Of a stretch of 64,000 bases of DNA, positions 1-13,539 are shown one piece after another. Positions within the stretch are counted from its first letter, which is position 1; each line of letters opens with the position of its first letter. This DNA comes from Squalus acanthias. Its lineage: Eukaryota. The stretch spans positions 13,208,001 to 13,272,000 of the forward strand of contig CM059433.1 in assembly GCA_030390025.1 (NCBI GenBank). The letters run 5' to 3'. A program made the position numbers and the translations under genes. The notes under the pieces were generated by a model that was given only the letters and a program-made list of their open reading frames with translations, was not told the DNA's origin and did no database searches.

Positions 1-358
1 GTAGTTAATTTATGTAATTTATAGTTATTTTAAAAATGTGATGTGTTTTTTTTTAAATTTATTTGAAGTTTTAGTTAGGTTTTGGGGGTGATCTCTATTC
101 ATAGATTTGACAGGTCTTCCTGTCAAAATCTATGAATGGAGATTCCCTGCTCCGATTGGCTCTCCATGGCCCACGTGATCCCAGGGGACGCTTCGAACTA
201 ACTGCGCCCCTGGGATACGCAAGCACTGCGCGCCGGCAGCTGCAGGAGGCCCAGGAGCCGAAGTCCACGCGGTCCTGAAGCACAACGGCAGGCGCGGTAG
301 GCAAGCACACGCGTGATCCTTGCACCCGCGGGAAGCCGGAGAGCCAAATTTCTTGCCC
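1..358. mobile_element. Right part of a Harbinger-type MITE (family A-related), truncated by the window start
   Basis: Shares gattccc...attgg...ggcccacgtgatcccagggg with copies at 5376 and 14378; ends aaatttcttgccc. Confidence 0.6.
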
Positions 359-469
359 ATTGGCTCTTTCTAAACAAACCAGACATGCAGCAGTTATTAA
401 TGGAACCACTTCTGTCCAATCCTACTCTTTTGGGACAGAAGAATTGATCTCAAACAAATCAGTGTCCGC

Positions 470-880
470 TTTGCTCAGTTGGTCGCACTCTGACCTCTGA
501 AGCAGAAGGCTGTGGGTTCAAGCTCCACTGCAGATTTGAGCACATAGTCTAGGCCAACAGTTCAGTGTAGCATTGAGGAAATCCTACATTGCTGGAGGCA
601 GCATCTTTCAAAGCCAATGTTAATCAAGGCACCATCTGCATGCCCCTATGGATATAAAAGATCCCATGGCACTTTTCAAAGGGCAAGTTCTCCCAGTATT
701 TTGGCCACCTCTTTCAACCGACAAAAAATGAGTTACTCATCCATTTGTTGTTTGTGGGACCTTGCTGTGTACAAATTGCCTTCCACCTTTACCTGTATAA
801 CAACAGTAATCCATTGGCTGTAAAGCACTTTGGGGCATCATGAGGACATTATAAGGCACTAAAAATGCAGGACCTTTCTT
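470..880 (+). mobile_element. tRNA-derived Deu-domain SINE (SacSINE1-like), diverged
   Basis: tRNA-like head gctcagttggtcgcac...gggttcaagc; body homologous to younger copies in the window. Confidence 0.7.
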
Positions 881-1264
881 TTAGAATGCGTGGGCTTAAG
901 TCCTCTTGGATATCAGGCGGGCGATCATCTTGGGCCTTCCTTAACTCATTCTTGTGGCAGATAGAAACCCAGATGAGTTCCTCTCTTAGCAGATGGTACT
1001 TTCTGGCATGGGTAGAAAATCACAAATGAAATATGATATAACTTTGTGATGATATACAGATGTATGTCAACAGTTATTCAGGCAGTTATGTCTGTTATTT
1101 CAATCCCACTTATCTGTTTGATCCACTGTAATATTACATATATGTTTGAAATGTTTTCAAAACGCCTGATATCACCATGGATCAAAATGTCTACCAAACT
1201 ATTTTTGTAACCCCTCAAATTCTAACCTGAGAGGAAGTGTCACTAATTAAAAAGAATTGATTAA

Positions 1265-1732
1265 AAGAAAGTGAAAGACTTGCATTTCTATAGCACCTTT
1301 CACGACCACCGGACGTCTCAAAGCGCTTCACAGCCAATGAAGTACTTTTTGGAAGTGGAGTCACTGTTGTAATGTGGGAAACGTGGCAGCCATTTTGCGC
1401 ACAGCAAGCTCCCACAAACAGCAAAGTGATAATGACCAGATAATCTGTTTTTGTTATGTTGGTTGAGGAATAAATATTGGCCAGGACACCGGGGATAACT
1501 CCCCTACTCTTCTTCGAAATAGTGCCGTGGGATCTTTTACGTCCGCCTGAGAGAGCAGACGGGGCCTCGGTTTAACGTCTCATTCGAAAGACGGCACCTC
1601 CGACAGTGCAGCACTCCCGCAGCACTGCACTGGAGTGTCAGCCTAGCTTTATGTGCTCAGGTCCCTGGAGTGGGACTTGAACCCACAACCTTCTGACTCA
1701 GAGGCAAGTGTGCTACCCACTGAGCCACAGCT
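1265..1732 (-). mobile_element. SacSINE1-like SINE, near full length
   Basis: Pol III A/B-box head, central Deu-like domain, gctatagaaatgcaagtctttc tail; about ten copies in the window. Confidence 0.85.
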
Positions 1733-1997
1733 TTCCCCATGATAGTTATTGTTTAAACATTATTGCTGGCCATTCCTGAGCGAGCTTGTTGTGGATAACC
1801 ATCACTACAGATGTCGATTGAGTTATCAGCTTGGTACAAATATAGTCACAAATAAAGTTTGGAATCAATGTAGCCACATCTCTTTTGTGTTTGGTTTTAG
1901 TTTACCAAAATAATTAGAATCCTTAAAATCCCATTATTTCAAAAACTTTATTTAAGCTTGCAATTGTTAGATTATGGATGCTTTTGTTTCCTTCCAG

Positions 1998-2167
1998 TAA
2001 TGCATTAGATATGAAGTACAACCCGCGCTTAAACCTACTGGATGATGGCACTTTAATGATCCAGAATACTCAAGAAGATGACCAAGGTGTCTACCAATGC
2101 ATGGCCAAGAATGTAGCAGGGGAAGTGAAAACTCCTGAGGTTATTCTTCGATACTTTGAGATACCAG
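1998..2167 (+). CDS. PXDN: Peroxidasin exon (170 bp), Ig domain: [56 protein letters not shown]
   Basis: ttccag| acceptor at 1997, |gtaaac donor at 2168; Ig D-x-G-x-Y-x-C motif. Confidence 0.95.
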
Positions 2168-2346
2168 GTAAACTTTCTTGTTTTAGATCCTGCGACTTTA
2201 TGATGAGTGGGTGGTGGGAAAGAGGTAGTGGGGAGAAGAAGGAAAATACATTGATACTTGTGTGTTAGAGGAAGCGTTCGACTAGGTAAATAAGTAAATT
2301 ACTGGAGATAGGGGAAAGGATTTTTTTTTCTTCACTTACTGTCTCT

Positions 2347-3077
2347 GGGCTGGATTTTGATACTGGGGCGGGTTGGGGTCGTGTCATCCGCATTTCGTGT
2401 TATCCACCCGACTGCAATTTGATGTGGGAGATTGATGCAATTTTCACCTAATTGGGCAATTGAGTTCCAGCATGTGGGAACCCATGAACTAATTAGTGGT
2501 TTCAGTCTGAAAGTCGCCTCTGATGATGTCATCATTGCTGCTGCATTGCAGGTCAGAGACTGCCTGGCCTTTGCTGTGAGACGACCTGAATGCAAAATGA
2601 GCAGAGAAAGAGAGAGAATATTTTTTTTGCATCCAGGTCCTCTCACAGCAAGGCCAGGCAGTCTCTGAATACATTCAATGCAGCAGCATCAGAGGCGACT
2701 TTCAGACCTAATACTACTACTACCTTCACATCTCCGTTGTAATAGTGGACCTGCAGCTGATAGTCAGCTATCCACGTGTGCTCCCGCCAGGTTTCACTGG
2801 CGTGTTTCACATCAGGCGTGCTTCACGTCGGAAAAGGGTTAAACTAGCTAAAACGTTTCAAAATGGCATCACAGAGCCAATTTAGGGCTTGTTAAGGGCT
2901 TTAATGGCCTCTCCCGCCTCTTGGAGGCGGGACGGAGTCGGGAACACCGCGACCGATTTTGTCAAAATTGCGTGGAGGCGGAATGGAGTCGGGATCAGGT
3001 CCGCCCGCCACTTTTCGCTATTTTAACCCCCCACACGCCTCCAAACCCGACTCCACGGGTCATTGAAAATCCAGCCC
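2347..3077. mobile_element. PIF/Harbinger-type MITE
   Basis: Perfect 12-bp TIR GGGCTGGATTTT; 3-bp TSD TCT (2344-2346, 3078-3080). Confidence 0.85.
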
Positions 3078-4048
3078 TCTGTGTTTGCTCTTTTTCTCCA
3101 TTCACTGTCTACTCACCCACCCAGGTAGAGATTTGGGAGTGCTAAGATTCAGAGCTGTTTCCAATGCTCTTCTTTGGGGCAGGGGGGTGGGGGGGAAGGA
3201 GTTAAAATTTGTTATAGTATTGGTGTCATCAGAATCGTGTCCTGAAGGGGTAGCCATACGTGACTCCAAGCAGCTAAAAGGTGATGCAGTTCACAAGCTT
3301 TTACAAATCTCTGTTGTTTTGGCGTCGCACTTTAAGCCGATGCTTTTCTGTACTGAATTGGCCTCGTTCGTTTGTATGCGGAGATTGAACAAATGAGACA
3401 AAACGTGTTCTGTTTCCTCATTCTTTGAATATAGTTCAACTTCTGCTTACTTCCTGGCCCTCATTTTTATTTGTGATCTAAATCATTTGGAGTTTCTCAT
3501 TTGTATGAATTTCACTACGTAAAAAGGTTATTCATTTGTGTGAAGCATTTGGGACACTTCACCTTGAGGTGCCACTGTATAAATGCAAGTATTTTATTTA
3601 ATTCCTCATATTAGCTTAGTGTCTCTGTTGCATCCTTATAAAAGGCTTGAAGTATACTCACAGAATGAGACGTGATGTTGGGAAGGTCCACTTGACCAAC
3701 ATGGCTCATTTAATGCCAGAGTGTTAATGAGACAGTGTCCAAGTGTGCAGTTTGGATGATTGCCTATTTACGGGTACTTTAAAGGTTTAGTAATATTCAA
3801 AGTATGAAGAGAATCAAACTTGAAAGTAGATCATTTCACCACTGGACTAAATGGTGTTTAGTCCTAATGTGAATTAAATTGTTTAACAGTTCTAATTAGA
3901 TAATCTGAACACATATGAAACTGCAGGCAGGCTGTTTAATTACTGAGACAAGGGGATGTAGAGCAAGGCGATTCTTTCGCAAAGTGATTTTTAGTTGATA
4001 GAATATCACTTTCAGCTCTTTGATCTAAGACTTGAACAGATATATTGT

Positions 4049-4447
4049 ACTCCAGGGACTTGAGCACATAAAGCTAGGCTGACACCCCAGTGCAGTGCTG
4101 AGGGAGCGCCGCACTGTCGGAGGTGCCGTCTTTTGGATGAGACGTTAAACCGAAGCCCCGTCTGCTCTCAGGTGGACGTAAAAAGATCCCATGGCGCTAT
4201 TTCGAAGAAGAGCAGGGGAGTTATCCCTGGTGTCCTGGGGCCAATATTTATCCCTCAACCAACATAACAAAAAAAAAAACAGATTATCTGGTCATTATCA
4301 CATTGCTGTTTGTGGGAGCTTGCTGTGCGCAAATTGGCTGCCGCGTTTCCCACATTACAACAGTGGCTACACTTCATTGGCTGTAAAGCGCTTTGAGACG
4401 TCCGGTGGCCGTGAAAGGCGCTATATAAATGCAAGCCTTTCTTTCTT
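4049..4447 (+). mobile_element. SacSINE1-like SINE, 5'-truncated
   Basis: High identity to the 13540-13982 copy. Confidence 0.85.
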
Positions 4448-5141
4448 TAATTTTATTAATAGACTGGGAGAGGAGAAACTTTGCAATGTGTGGGAGATAG
4501 AATAGGGAGTGGAGTTGCATTTGGCAGCATGAGGTCTTCCAAGATTTCAGTAGCTCAATAACTACCGTGTACCTTTTGGAAACAATATTACATTAAAAAT
4601 GAAACTAAATCAATGCAACTAATACCTAATTTGTATTTGCAAACTTTTAATTCGCAAATGTATTTTTACCTAATAAATTTGGTACAGTTAAGTACCAGTT
4701 GTAAAAGCAGGGGTACCAAGGTTTTAGTAAATTTAAAAATGAAGGTTCGTTAACAGTTTATTCAACTTTTCACCAGATTCTCGACTGTACTTGTATCCTG
4801 ACAGAACCACAACTAATTTGACAAGAAATTGCTTGCTTAGATTCCTATAAACTACATAGCCAGTCAGTCGCAAAGCTTTGTGGCTCAGCTATTTACTCAA
4901 TTCCTGAGAATAGTTCAGTCTTGACTGACTGACAGTTGAAAGTATTTTTTTTTTTACAGCAGATGGAACTTTTAAGCATTCAGAAATGTGGCGTGAGTAG
5001 ACTGTGTTGGAAACCATTTAATGCTTTTTTTCCCCCCCCCACGGGATTGTGTATTTAATTATGCATGGCCAACGTCTGCACTTATCTGGAATCAATCGTA
5101 CCGTGAAAGAATCTGAAGGGAAAAGGTTTCATTTTTTCCTG

Positions 5142-5295
5142 AAAACCTACCTCTTTGACCAAGCTTTTGGTCACCTGCCCTAATTTCTCCTTATGTGGCT
5201 CGGTGTCAAATGTTTTTGTCTTTATAACCCTCCTGTGCAGCGCCTTGGGACGTTTTGCTACGTTAAAGGCGCTATATAAATACAAGTTGTTGTTT
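5142..5295 (+). mobile_element. L2-like LINE 3' end
   Basis: aaaacctacctctttgaccaagc...ggcgctatataaatacaagttgttgtt; same as 34540-34695 and 63553-64000. Confidence 0.65.
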
Positions 5296-5375
5296 TTCAC
5301 CCAGTATGTGCTCCCTTCAGTAAGGAATATGGAACTTGTTTTGGATTTCTATGTTACAATGGAGTTACTCACTAT

Positions 5376-7022
5376 GGGACGGATTTTGCGACCCCTATGG
5401 GTGCGTGCCAGATGTGTACGCGCCCATAGGGGGCGACCAAGTGCCGGTTTCAGGACATGTGAAGCGCATGACTTGGACAGGTTGGGTGAATGGGCAAATG
5501 TATGGCAGATGAAGTACAATGTGGATAAATGTGAGGTTATCCACTTTGGTGGTAAAAATAGAGAGGCGGACTATTACCTGAATGGTGGCAGATTAGGGAA
5601 AGGGGACGTGCAACGAGACCTGGGCGTCATGGTACATCAGTCACTGAAGGTGGGAATGCAAGTGCAGCAGGCAGTCAAGAAAGCAAACGGAATGATGGCC
5701 TTCATAGCAAGGGGATTTGAGTACAGGAGTAGGGAGGTGATGCTACAGTTGTACAGGGCCTTGGTGAGGCCACACCTGGAGTATTGTGCGCAGTTTTGGT
5801 CTCCTAACTTAAGGAAGGACATTCTTGCTATTGAGGGAGTGCAGCGAAGGTTCACTAGATTGATTCCTGGGATGGCCGGACTGACATATCAAGAAAGATT
5901 GGGTCAACTGAACTTGTATCCTCTGGAGTTCAGAAGAATGAGGGGGGATCTTATAGAGACATTTAAAATCCTGACTGGTTTAGACAAATTAGATGCGGGC
6001 AGAATGTTCCCAATGGTAGGGAAAACTAGAACCAGGGGTCACAGTCTAAGGATTAAGGGGAAGCCATTTAGGACTGAGCTGAGGAGGAACTTCTTCACCC
6101 AGAGAGTGGTGAATCTATGGAATTCTCTTCCACAGAAGGTTGTTGAGGCCAGTTCGCTAAATATATTCAAAAGGGAGTTAGATATAACACTCACAACTAA
6201 GGGGATCAAAGGGTATGGCGAGAAAGCAGGAATGGGGTACTGAGGTAGCATGTTCAGCCATGAACGCATTGAATGGCGGTGCAGGCTCGAAGGACCGAAT
6301 GGTCTACTCCTGTACCTATTTTCTATGTTTTCTATGTTTCTATGCGCTGAAAACCCGGCACTTGCGATTATTCTCTTGACCGATCCTCTGCCTGCCCGGG
6401 AAGAGGGCCTCTGCGGGGGGAGAGTTGCGCTTTTTGCACAACTTCCGCCCGCTGAATGCCTGTCAAAATTCTTACACCTGGTAAAAGCAGGCCTTGTGCG
6501 TAAGGCCTGCTTTTACCAGCTTAAGAGTTTTAAAAAAAAAAATAGAAAAATGAACTTTGATAACTCATTTATAAATTAAAAATACTCTTCAAAAAGGTAA
6601 GTTTATTTTTAGCCCCGTAAAAACATTTAATTTTTCTTCAAAAAATTACATTTTTGTTTAAAATATTTAATTCAATGTCATTTTAATTAATTTTAAATAT
6701 GTAATTAAAAAATATTTTTAATGTTTTAGTGCGTTTTTAAATGTGATCCCCATTCATACTCATCACAGTTCTGTGCGTACAGAACTGTCAAAAGTGTGAA
6801 GGGGGATTCCCTTCTTTCATTGGTTCGCCTGGCCCACGTGATCCCAGGGGCGCTTGCGAACCGCCTGCGCCCCTGGGATCGCGTGGGCCTCTGCACATTT
6901 CGAAGAGGAGAGGCCCAGGATCGCAAGCCTCCGTATCTCCGGGACCAGCAGGTAGGTTCGTAGAATTTTTTCCGATCGGAGGCATCCGCCCGCAGGAAAC
7001 CTCCGATCGGAAATTCAGGGCC
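5376..7022. mobile_element. Harbinger-type MITE family A, interrupted by a CR1 insertion
   Basis: GG...CC imperfect TIRs; colinear with the uninterrupted copy at 14378-15081 once 5470-6344 is removed. Confidence 0.8.
5470..6344 (+). mobile_element. CR1-clade (HER1-like) LINE, 5'-truncated; RT C-terminal frame open to stop at 6243
   Basis: DLDRLGEWANVWQMKYNVDKCEVIHFG...LYRALVRPHLEYCAQFWSP; (ttctatgt)n-type tail. Confidence 0.9.
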
Positions 7023-7165
7023 ATTGTCATGTGGCTGCTATACTCTCAGCTGAGCTCCTAGATTTAAGTTAGCAAGCAATGGAAGCAAATCCACAATTTA
7101 GTGGTTATTTTTTTAGATTTAGATTATAACTGGGACCTGTGGGGGAAGAAGGGGAAAAATTCAGA

Positions 7166-7973
7166 GGCCTGCGATTTTCTCGATTGATGTGGCTTGGGAG
7201 CGGGTCAGGTGGCTTCCGGGCTCCAGTCCCGCCCCCAACTTCATCCGGCCCACAGACGTGATTTTACGTCAATTGGCTTTGTTAAGCCCGCCCTGCGGGC
7301 TTGCCGGCCAATTAAGACGAAGCCGGTCATCTGCCAGTTTACTTAAAGGGACCACGCACAATTTATTTTTGACAGCTGATTTCTCTGTGTTTGACAGCAA
7401 TGAGGTGCTGCAAACACTGACAATCACTGTACAAAGGTGAGCTCTTGCACCCAGGCTCTCCAGTGACTCCCTCCATAGGCTAGAACAGATGGCAGCTGCA
7501 GGTGAGGTTACAGAAGCGATCTGTCACTGGTGAGAGAGGTACACATACAATTGAAAACTTGTTACCTACAGAAAAGTCTAAATGCATTAAAAATGAATTT
7601 CCCAGTGAAACTCACCAGTGCACCATTGGATCCTTCACACCACTTCTGCAGCGGTCATCAATGCAGAAACATTACAGCAGGCTCCCAACACGCCACACTT
7701 ACCTGGCGTGGTGTCTGGACGTCGGGAAGCCTGATGTAGAAGTGTCAAAATTGCAAAAGAGCCCGTTAACAACATTTAACAGGCAATTAAGTGGCTATAA
7801 TCCTCTTCCCGCCGTTAGGTGTCGGGTCCATGCGCAAATCGGGGACCCGACACTTGGGAAGATTGATTGGAGGCGGGTTGACCGCGGGTTTCCTACCCGC
7901 TGTCAATCTTTGTGATTTCTGCCGGATGTCCCGCCTCCAAACCCGCCCCCTGAGCGCCGGCAAAATTCCGGCC
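7166..7973. mobile_element. Harbinger-type non-autonomous element (same family as 61164-62913)
   Basis: Ends GGCCTGCGATTTT / AAAATTCCGGCC; TSD AGA; subterminal identity with the 61164 element. Confidence 0.8.
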
Positions 7974-8034
7974 AGAATCTTCACAGTGATTGCAGTTGAC
8001 AAAAATAAATATTTTAAGAATAATACCATGCGTA

Positions 8035-8345
8035 CATTTCCTCTTGTAGGAGAATCTAGAACTAGGGGTCCTTGTTTAAAAATAAGAGGTCGCCCATTTA
8101 AGACAGAGATGAGGAGAAATTTTTTCTCTGAGGGTCGTGAGTCTTTGGAACTCTCTTCCACAGAGGGCGGTGGAAGCAGAGTCTTTGAATATTTTTAAGG
8201 CAGAGGTTGATAGATTCTTGATAAGCAAGGGGTGAAAGGTTATCGGGGGTAGGCGGGAATGTGGAGTAATCAGGTCAGCCAGGATCTTATTGAATGGCGG
8301 AGCAGGCTCGAGGGGCCGAGTGGCCTACTCCTGCTCCTAATTCTT
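8035..8345 (+). mobile_element. CR1/HER1-like LINE 3' fragment
   Basis: FPLVGESRTRG...FKTEMRRNFFS plus conserved 3' UTR. Confidence 0.85.
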
Positions 8346-8484
8346 AAGGATCAGTCGACTTTTTAGCCCTGAGATGGTGAGTCTCTGCTCTTGGTGTGTT
8401 AAATTAGGTGCACTAACAATTAGCCATCCTCACCTACGCATCTGATTCTAAAATCTACACTTCCTTCCAGTGAAACTTTTTTTT

Positions 8485-8855
8485 TATTCGTATATGGGAT
8501 GTGGGAGTCGCTGGCAAGGCCAGCATTTATTGCCCATCTCTAGTTGCCCTTGAGAAGGTGGTGGTGAGCCGCCTTCTTGAACCGCTGCAGTCCATGTGGT
8601 GAAGGTGCTCCCACAGTGCTGTTAGGGAGGGAGTTCCAGGATTTTGACCCAGCGACGATGAAGGAACGGCCGATATACTTCCAAGTCAGGATGGTGTGTG
8701 ACTTGGAGGGGAACTTGGAGGTGGTGGTGTTCCCATGCGCCTGCTGCCCTTGTCCTTCTAGGTGGTAGAGGTCACGGGTTTGGGAGGTGCTGTCGAAGTA
8801 GCCTTGGTGAGTTGCTGCAGTGCATCTTGTAGATGGTACACACGGCACTGGGAGC
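8485..8855 (-). mobile_element. 3' fragment of the LINE family seen at 10128-12378
   Basis: Reverse complement matches about 12010-12375. Confidence 0.85.
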
Positions 8856-9356
8856 AGCATCGTGCCATTTTGGGACAGTCGATTTTTTTTTAATAGACCG
8901 CATATTTCTAGGATGCTTTTTTATACATGATGAAACGCTGTGTTGGAAGCTCAAAAAGTTTGAGTACGTTATACTGTGACGTGCAGATTTCATTCATTAG
9001 TCATAGATGTACAATTACACATGAGGGTGTAAGTAATAGGTGCATTGTTGTGCAAAGTGAGTTTGGCAATCTGATTAATGTTCACAATAATGGGGTAATG
9101 TCGAGCTACCCAAACAGCTAGCAATTGGACGGTCATGTGATTCTCAAGGTATGTGAATAGTTAACTGCTCATCGTTTACAGTAATACAAGTCTGATGACT
9201 ATACCAGTTGGAAAATTATCCTATTTCCCACTGCCAAAGAAAGGAATAGTCGGAAGTTAAGCTAGGAATGTGTATATTGATTAAATTGTGGATAAATACT
9301 GGCTAAGTTTGATGTCTGTTCTATTTGAATTTGATTTTTTTTCTCCTCTTAAATAG

Positions 9357-9629
9357 CTCGGCCTGCTTTTGTAATTCAGCCACAAAACACTGAGGTCTTG
9401 GTCGGCGAGAGCGTGACTTTGGAATGTAGTGCAACTGGAAACCCTCAGCCGCGGATCACCTGGTTGAGAAGTGACGGGTCTCCGTTACCCCGTGATCCTC
9501 GCTACACCATAACTTCTTCAGGAGGTCTCTATATACAGAATGTAGAGCAAGCAGATGGCGGGCAATACACCTGTCATGCAAACAACAATCAGGACTCCAT
9601 TCTAGCAAATGCATTCATAATAATTAAAG
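9357..9629 (+). CDS. PXDN: Peroxidasin exon (273 bp), complete Ig domain [28 protein letters not shown]...[21 protein letters not shown]
   Basis: aaatag| acceptor, |gtatgt donor; phase 1-1. Confidence 0.95.
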
Positions 9630-9754
9630 GTATGTCATAGAGTTCCACTCTAACATTCATGGAGAAAATATTTATAGGGTATGTTCAGATCCATTTGACC
9701 CCTGGTTCATAATTTTTTTTTTAATGCATATGCTTTAAATCTGATTTTTACACA

Positions 9755-12500
9755 GTTACATAGCATTTACTGCACAGAAACTAACGGGCTATTCGGTCAT
9801 GCTGGTGTTTATGCTCCACACAAGCCTCCTCCCACCATTCTTCATCTCACCCCATCAACATTTCTATTCCTTTTTCCCTCATGTGTTTATCTAGCTTCCC
9901 CTTAAATGCATCTCTGCTATTCGCCTCAACCACTCCCTGTGGTAGCGAGTTCCACATTCTCACCACTCTCTGGGTAAAGAAGTTTTGCCTGAATTCCCTA
10001 TTGGATTTATTGTTGATGATCTTATGTTTATGGCCCCTAGTTCTGGTCTCGCCCACAAGTGGAAAGATCTTCTCTACATCTACCCTGTCAAACCCTTTCA
10101 TTATCTTCAAGACCTCTATCAGGTCACTTCTCGTCCTCACCAATCTACCTGTCACAGTTGCATCTGTCCATGACAGTATTGGTAGCAGTGACCACCGCAC
10201 AGTCATTGTGGAGACAAAGTCCCGTCTTCACACTGAGGACACCCTCCATCATGCTGTGTGGCACTACCACCGTGCTAAATGGGATAGATTCAGAACAGAT
10301 CTAGCAACTCAAATCTGGGCATCCATGAGGCGCTGTGGGCCATCAGCAGCAGCAGAATTGTATTCCACCACAATCTGTAACCTCATGGCCCGGCATATCC
10401 TCACTCTACCATTACCATCAAGCCAGGGGACCAACCCTGGTTCAATAAGGAGTGTAGAAAAGCATGCCAGGAGCAGCAGCAGGCATACCTAAAAATGAGG
10501 TGCCAACCTGGGGAAGCTGCAACACGGGACTACATGCATGTTAAACAGCGGACGCAGCATGCTATAGACAGAGCTAAGCGATCCAATGATCAACTGATCA
10601 GATCAAAGCTCTGCAGTCCTGCCACATCCAATCGTGAATGGTGGTGGACAATTAAATAACTAACGGGAGGAGGAGGCTCCATGAATATCCCCATGCTCAA
10701 TGATGGCGGAGCCCAGCATGCGAGTGCCAGAATGATGCCGAGTGGGTGATCCGTATCGGCCTCCTCCTGAGGTCCCCACCATCACAGAAGCCAGTCTTCA
10801 GCCAATTTGATTCACTCCACATGGTATCAAGAAACGGCTGAGCGTACTGGACACAGCAAAGGCTGTGGGCCCCGACAACATCCCAGATGTCATGCTGAAG
10901 ACTTGTACTCCAGAACTAGCCACGCCTGTAGCCAAGCTGTTCCAGTACAGCTATAACACTGGCATCTATCCAACAATGTGGAAAACTGCCCAGGTATGTC
11001 CTGTCCACAAAAAGCAGGACAAATCCAATCCGGCCAATGACCACCCCATCAGTCTACTCTCAATCATTAGCAAAGTGATGGAAGGTGTCGTCAGCAGTGC
11101 TATCAAGCGGAACCTGCTCACCATGCTCAGTTTGGGTTCCTCCAGGACCACTTGACCTCATTACAGCCTTGGTCCAAACATGGACAAAAGAGCTGAATTC
11201 CAGAGGTGAGGTTAGAGTGGACTGCCCTTGACATTAAGGCAGCATTTGATCAAGTGTGGCATCAAGGAGCCCTAGTAAAATTGAAGTCAATGGGAATCCG
11301 TGGAAAACTTTCTACTGGCTGGAGTCATACCTAGCACCAAAGAAGATGGTTGTGGTTGTTGGAGGTCAATCACCTCAGCCCCAGGCAGGAGTTCCTCAGG
11401 GTAGTGTCCTAGGCCCAACCATCTTCAGCTGCTTCATCAATGACCTTCCCTCCATCATAAGTTCATAAGTGAGGATATTTGCTAATAATTGCACAGTGTT
11501 CAGTTCCATTCGCAACAACTCAGATAATGAAGGAGTCCATGCCCGCATGCAGCAAGACCTGTATGACATTCAGGCTTGGGCTGATAAGTGGCAAGTAACA
11601 TTCGCGCCACACAAGTGCCAGGCAATGACTATCTCCAATAAGCGAGAGTCTAAGCACTGCCCCTTGACATTCAACGGCATTGCCATCACCGAATCCCCCA
11701 CCATCAACATCCTGGGGGTCACCATTGACCATAAACTTCACTGGACCAGCTACATAAATACTGTGGCAACAAGAGCAGGTCAGAGGCTGGGTATTCTGCA
11801 GCGAATGTCTCACCTCCTGACTCCCCAAAGCCTTTCCACCATTTACAAGGCACAAGTCAGGAGTGTAATGGAATACTCTTCACTTGCCTGGATGAGTGCA
11901 GCTCCAACAACACTCGAGAAGCTCGACACCATCCAAGACAAAGCAGCCCGCTTGATTGGCACTCCATCCACTACCTTAAGCATTCACTCCCTCCACCACC
12001 GGCGCACCGTGGCTGCAGTGTGTACCATCTACAAGATGCACTGCAGCAACTCGCCAAGGCTTCTTCGGCAGCACCTCCCAAACCCGCGACCTCTTCCACC
12101 TAGAAAGACAAGGGCAGCAGCTGCATGGGAACACCATCACCTGCAAGTTCCCCTCCAAGTCACACACCATCCTGACTTTGAAAAATATCGCCGTTCCTTC
12201 ATCGTCGCTGGGTCAAAATCCTGGAACTCGCTCCCTAACAGCACTGTGGGAGCACCTTCACCACACAAACTTCAGTGGTTCGAGAAGGTGGTGGTGAGCC
12301 ACTGAGGGCAATTAGGGATGGGCAATAAATGCTGGCCTTGTCAGCGACGCCCACATCCCAGGAATGAATTAATAAAAACCCTCAATCTTCTGTTTTCTAG
12401 AGAAAAGAGCCCCAGCCTGTTCAATCTTTCTGCTGGGTATAACCTCTCAGTTCTGGTATAATTCTAGTAAATCTTTTTTGCACCTTCTCCAGTGCCTCTA
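9755..12500 (-). mobile_element. CR1-like LINE 3' fragment split in two (9755-10127 and 12379-12500) by a nested LINE
   Basis: DLIEVLKIMKGFDRVDVEKIFPLVGETRTRGH; sequence resumes in register after the insert. Confidence 0.75.
10128..12378 (+). mobile_element. Non-LTR retrotransposon (CR1/L2-group LINE), decayed ORF2 with endonuclease end and RT
   Basis: SDH endonuclease motif, [30 protein letters not shown]; catalytic FADD mutated to FANN; frameshifts; A-rich tail. Confidence 0.9.
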
Positions 12501-12639
12501 CATCATTTTTGTTTTGCTATTTTTATTCCTTTCTGAAATTTAAATTATGTCATCTAACTCCAGTTCTGTTTGTGAATTGAGAACTGTGTTGAAGCTAAGA
12601 GGTAATTTTTTTTTTCCATCCCTTTCCTTTTACCTGTAG

Positions 12640-12756
12640 CTCCACCTCAGTTTACAGTCTTGCCACAAGATCAAGCAGTTGTCGAGGGACAAGCTGTAGA
12701 TTTCCACTGTGAGGCCGAGGGTAACCCTGCACCAACTATAGCATGGACTAAAGCAG
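12640..12756 (+). CDS. PXDN: Peroxidasin exon (117 bp), Ig N-half [39 protein letters not shown]
   Basis: ctgtag| acceptor after a pyrimidine tract, |gtatga donor. Confidence 0.95.
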
Positions 12757-13539
12757 GTATGAGATACAGAGGTTACTTGGAGTCGAAAGTCAAGCTTGAA
12801 TTCAGGCTAAAGAACTCCATGCCCCAACAAAATCAAAACAAATTAACCATCGCCCTGCCGCTAGCTGTTTGATGGTGGGTAGATCTCATTTTCGCTCGCT
12901 TTTGTTTGCTTTGTAGGATAAAGCCCGTACCCAGTGCTACTGAGTTGGGTTTAGCATAGATAACCTAGAAAATCCTGAATTTTGTTTTGCTACCTGCAGG
13001 ATTTATTTTTCCGTCTCTATAAGCTAGTGGGCATTTAAAATATGACTGGGGTTTCGAGAGGTAAATCGTTATCTTTTGGTGTGATTTTTACCGTTTGGCC
13101 AATTTTCTTTATTTCTCATGGTTCGTGCATTAAAATTATTTACTGCTTTTTTTTCCCAGTTTGCCATGTTAGTTACACAATGACAGTGTCAGTGATTTTA
13201 TGCAGAGCTCTGTTTCACTTCATCCAATAGATAAGAGATGAGGAAGGAATAATTTCCACGTATGCCTGTTTTCCAGACATGGTTAGTGATCCCAAAAGAG
13301 GCATCGGTTATCCTTCTCTTTCTCTTCCCCACACCATTTATGTCATCAAACCACTTGTTGTGGGTCTGGGAATAATTGGCCTTGCTTAAATTGCTTAGGT
13401 TTCCCACACCCAATCCATAAACTCAAGTGTCATTGATATTTTTGAAGTATATCTCTCCGAGCATGAAATGGGGTCGCAGTGTTTAACAGAACAATTAATG
13501 CTTGCAGTACTGTGTCTTTTCTTAAACTTTTCTGTGAGT

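Noticed and set aside
5155..6243. 362-aa ORF as a host gene
   Set aside because: Chance read-through across an L2 tail, unique DNA, a MITE end and a 5'-truncated CR1 RT.
6595..6603. Strong sense-strand donor-like AGGTAAGT in MITE A (also ~14712) as an exonised element
   Set aside because: No convincing in-frame upstream acceptor or exon found, and no transcript evidence is available.
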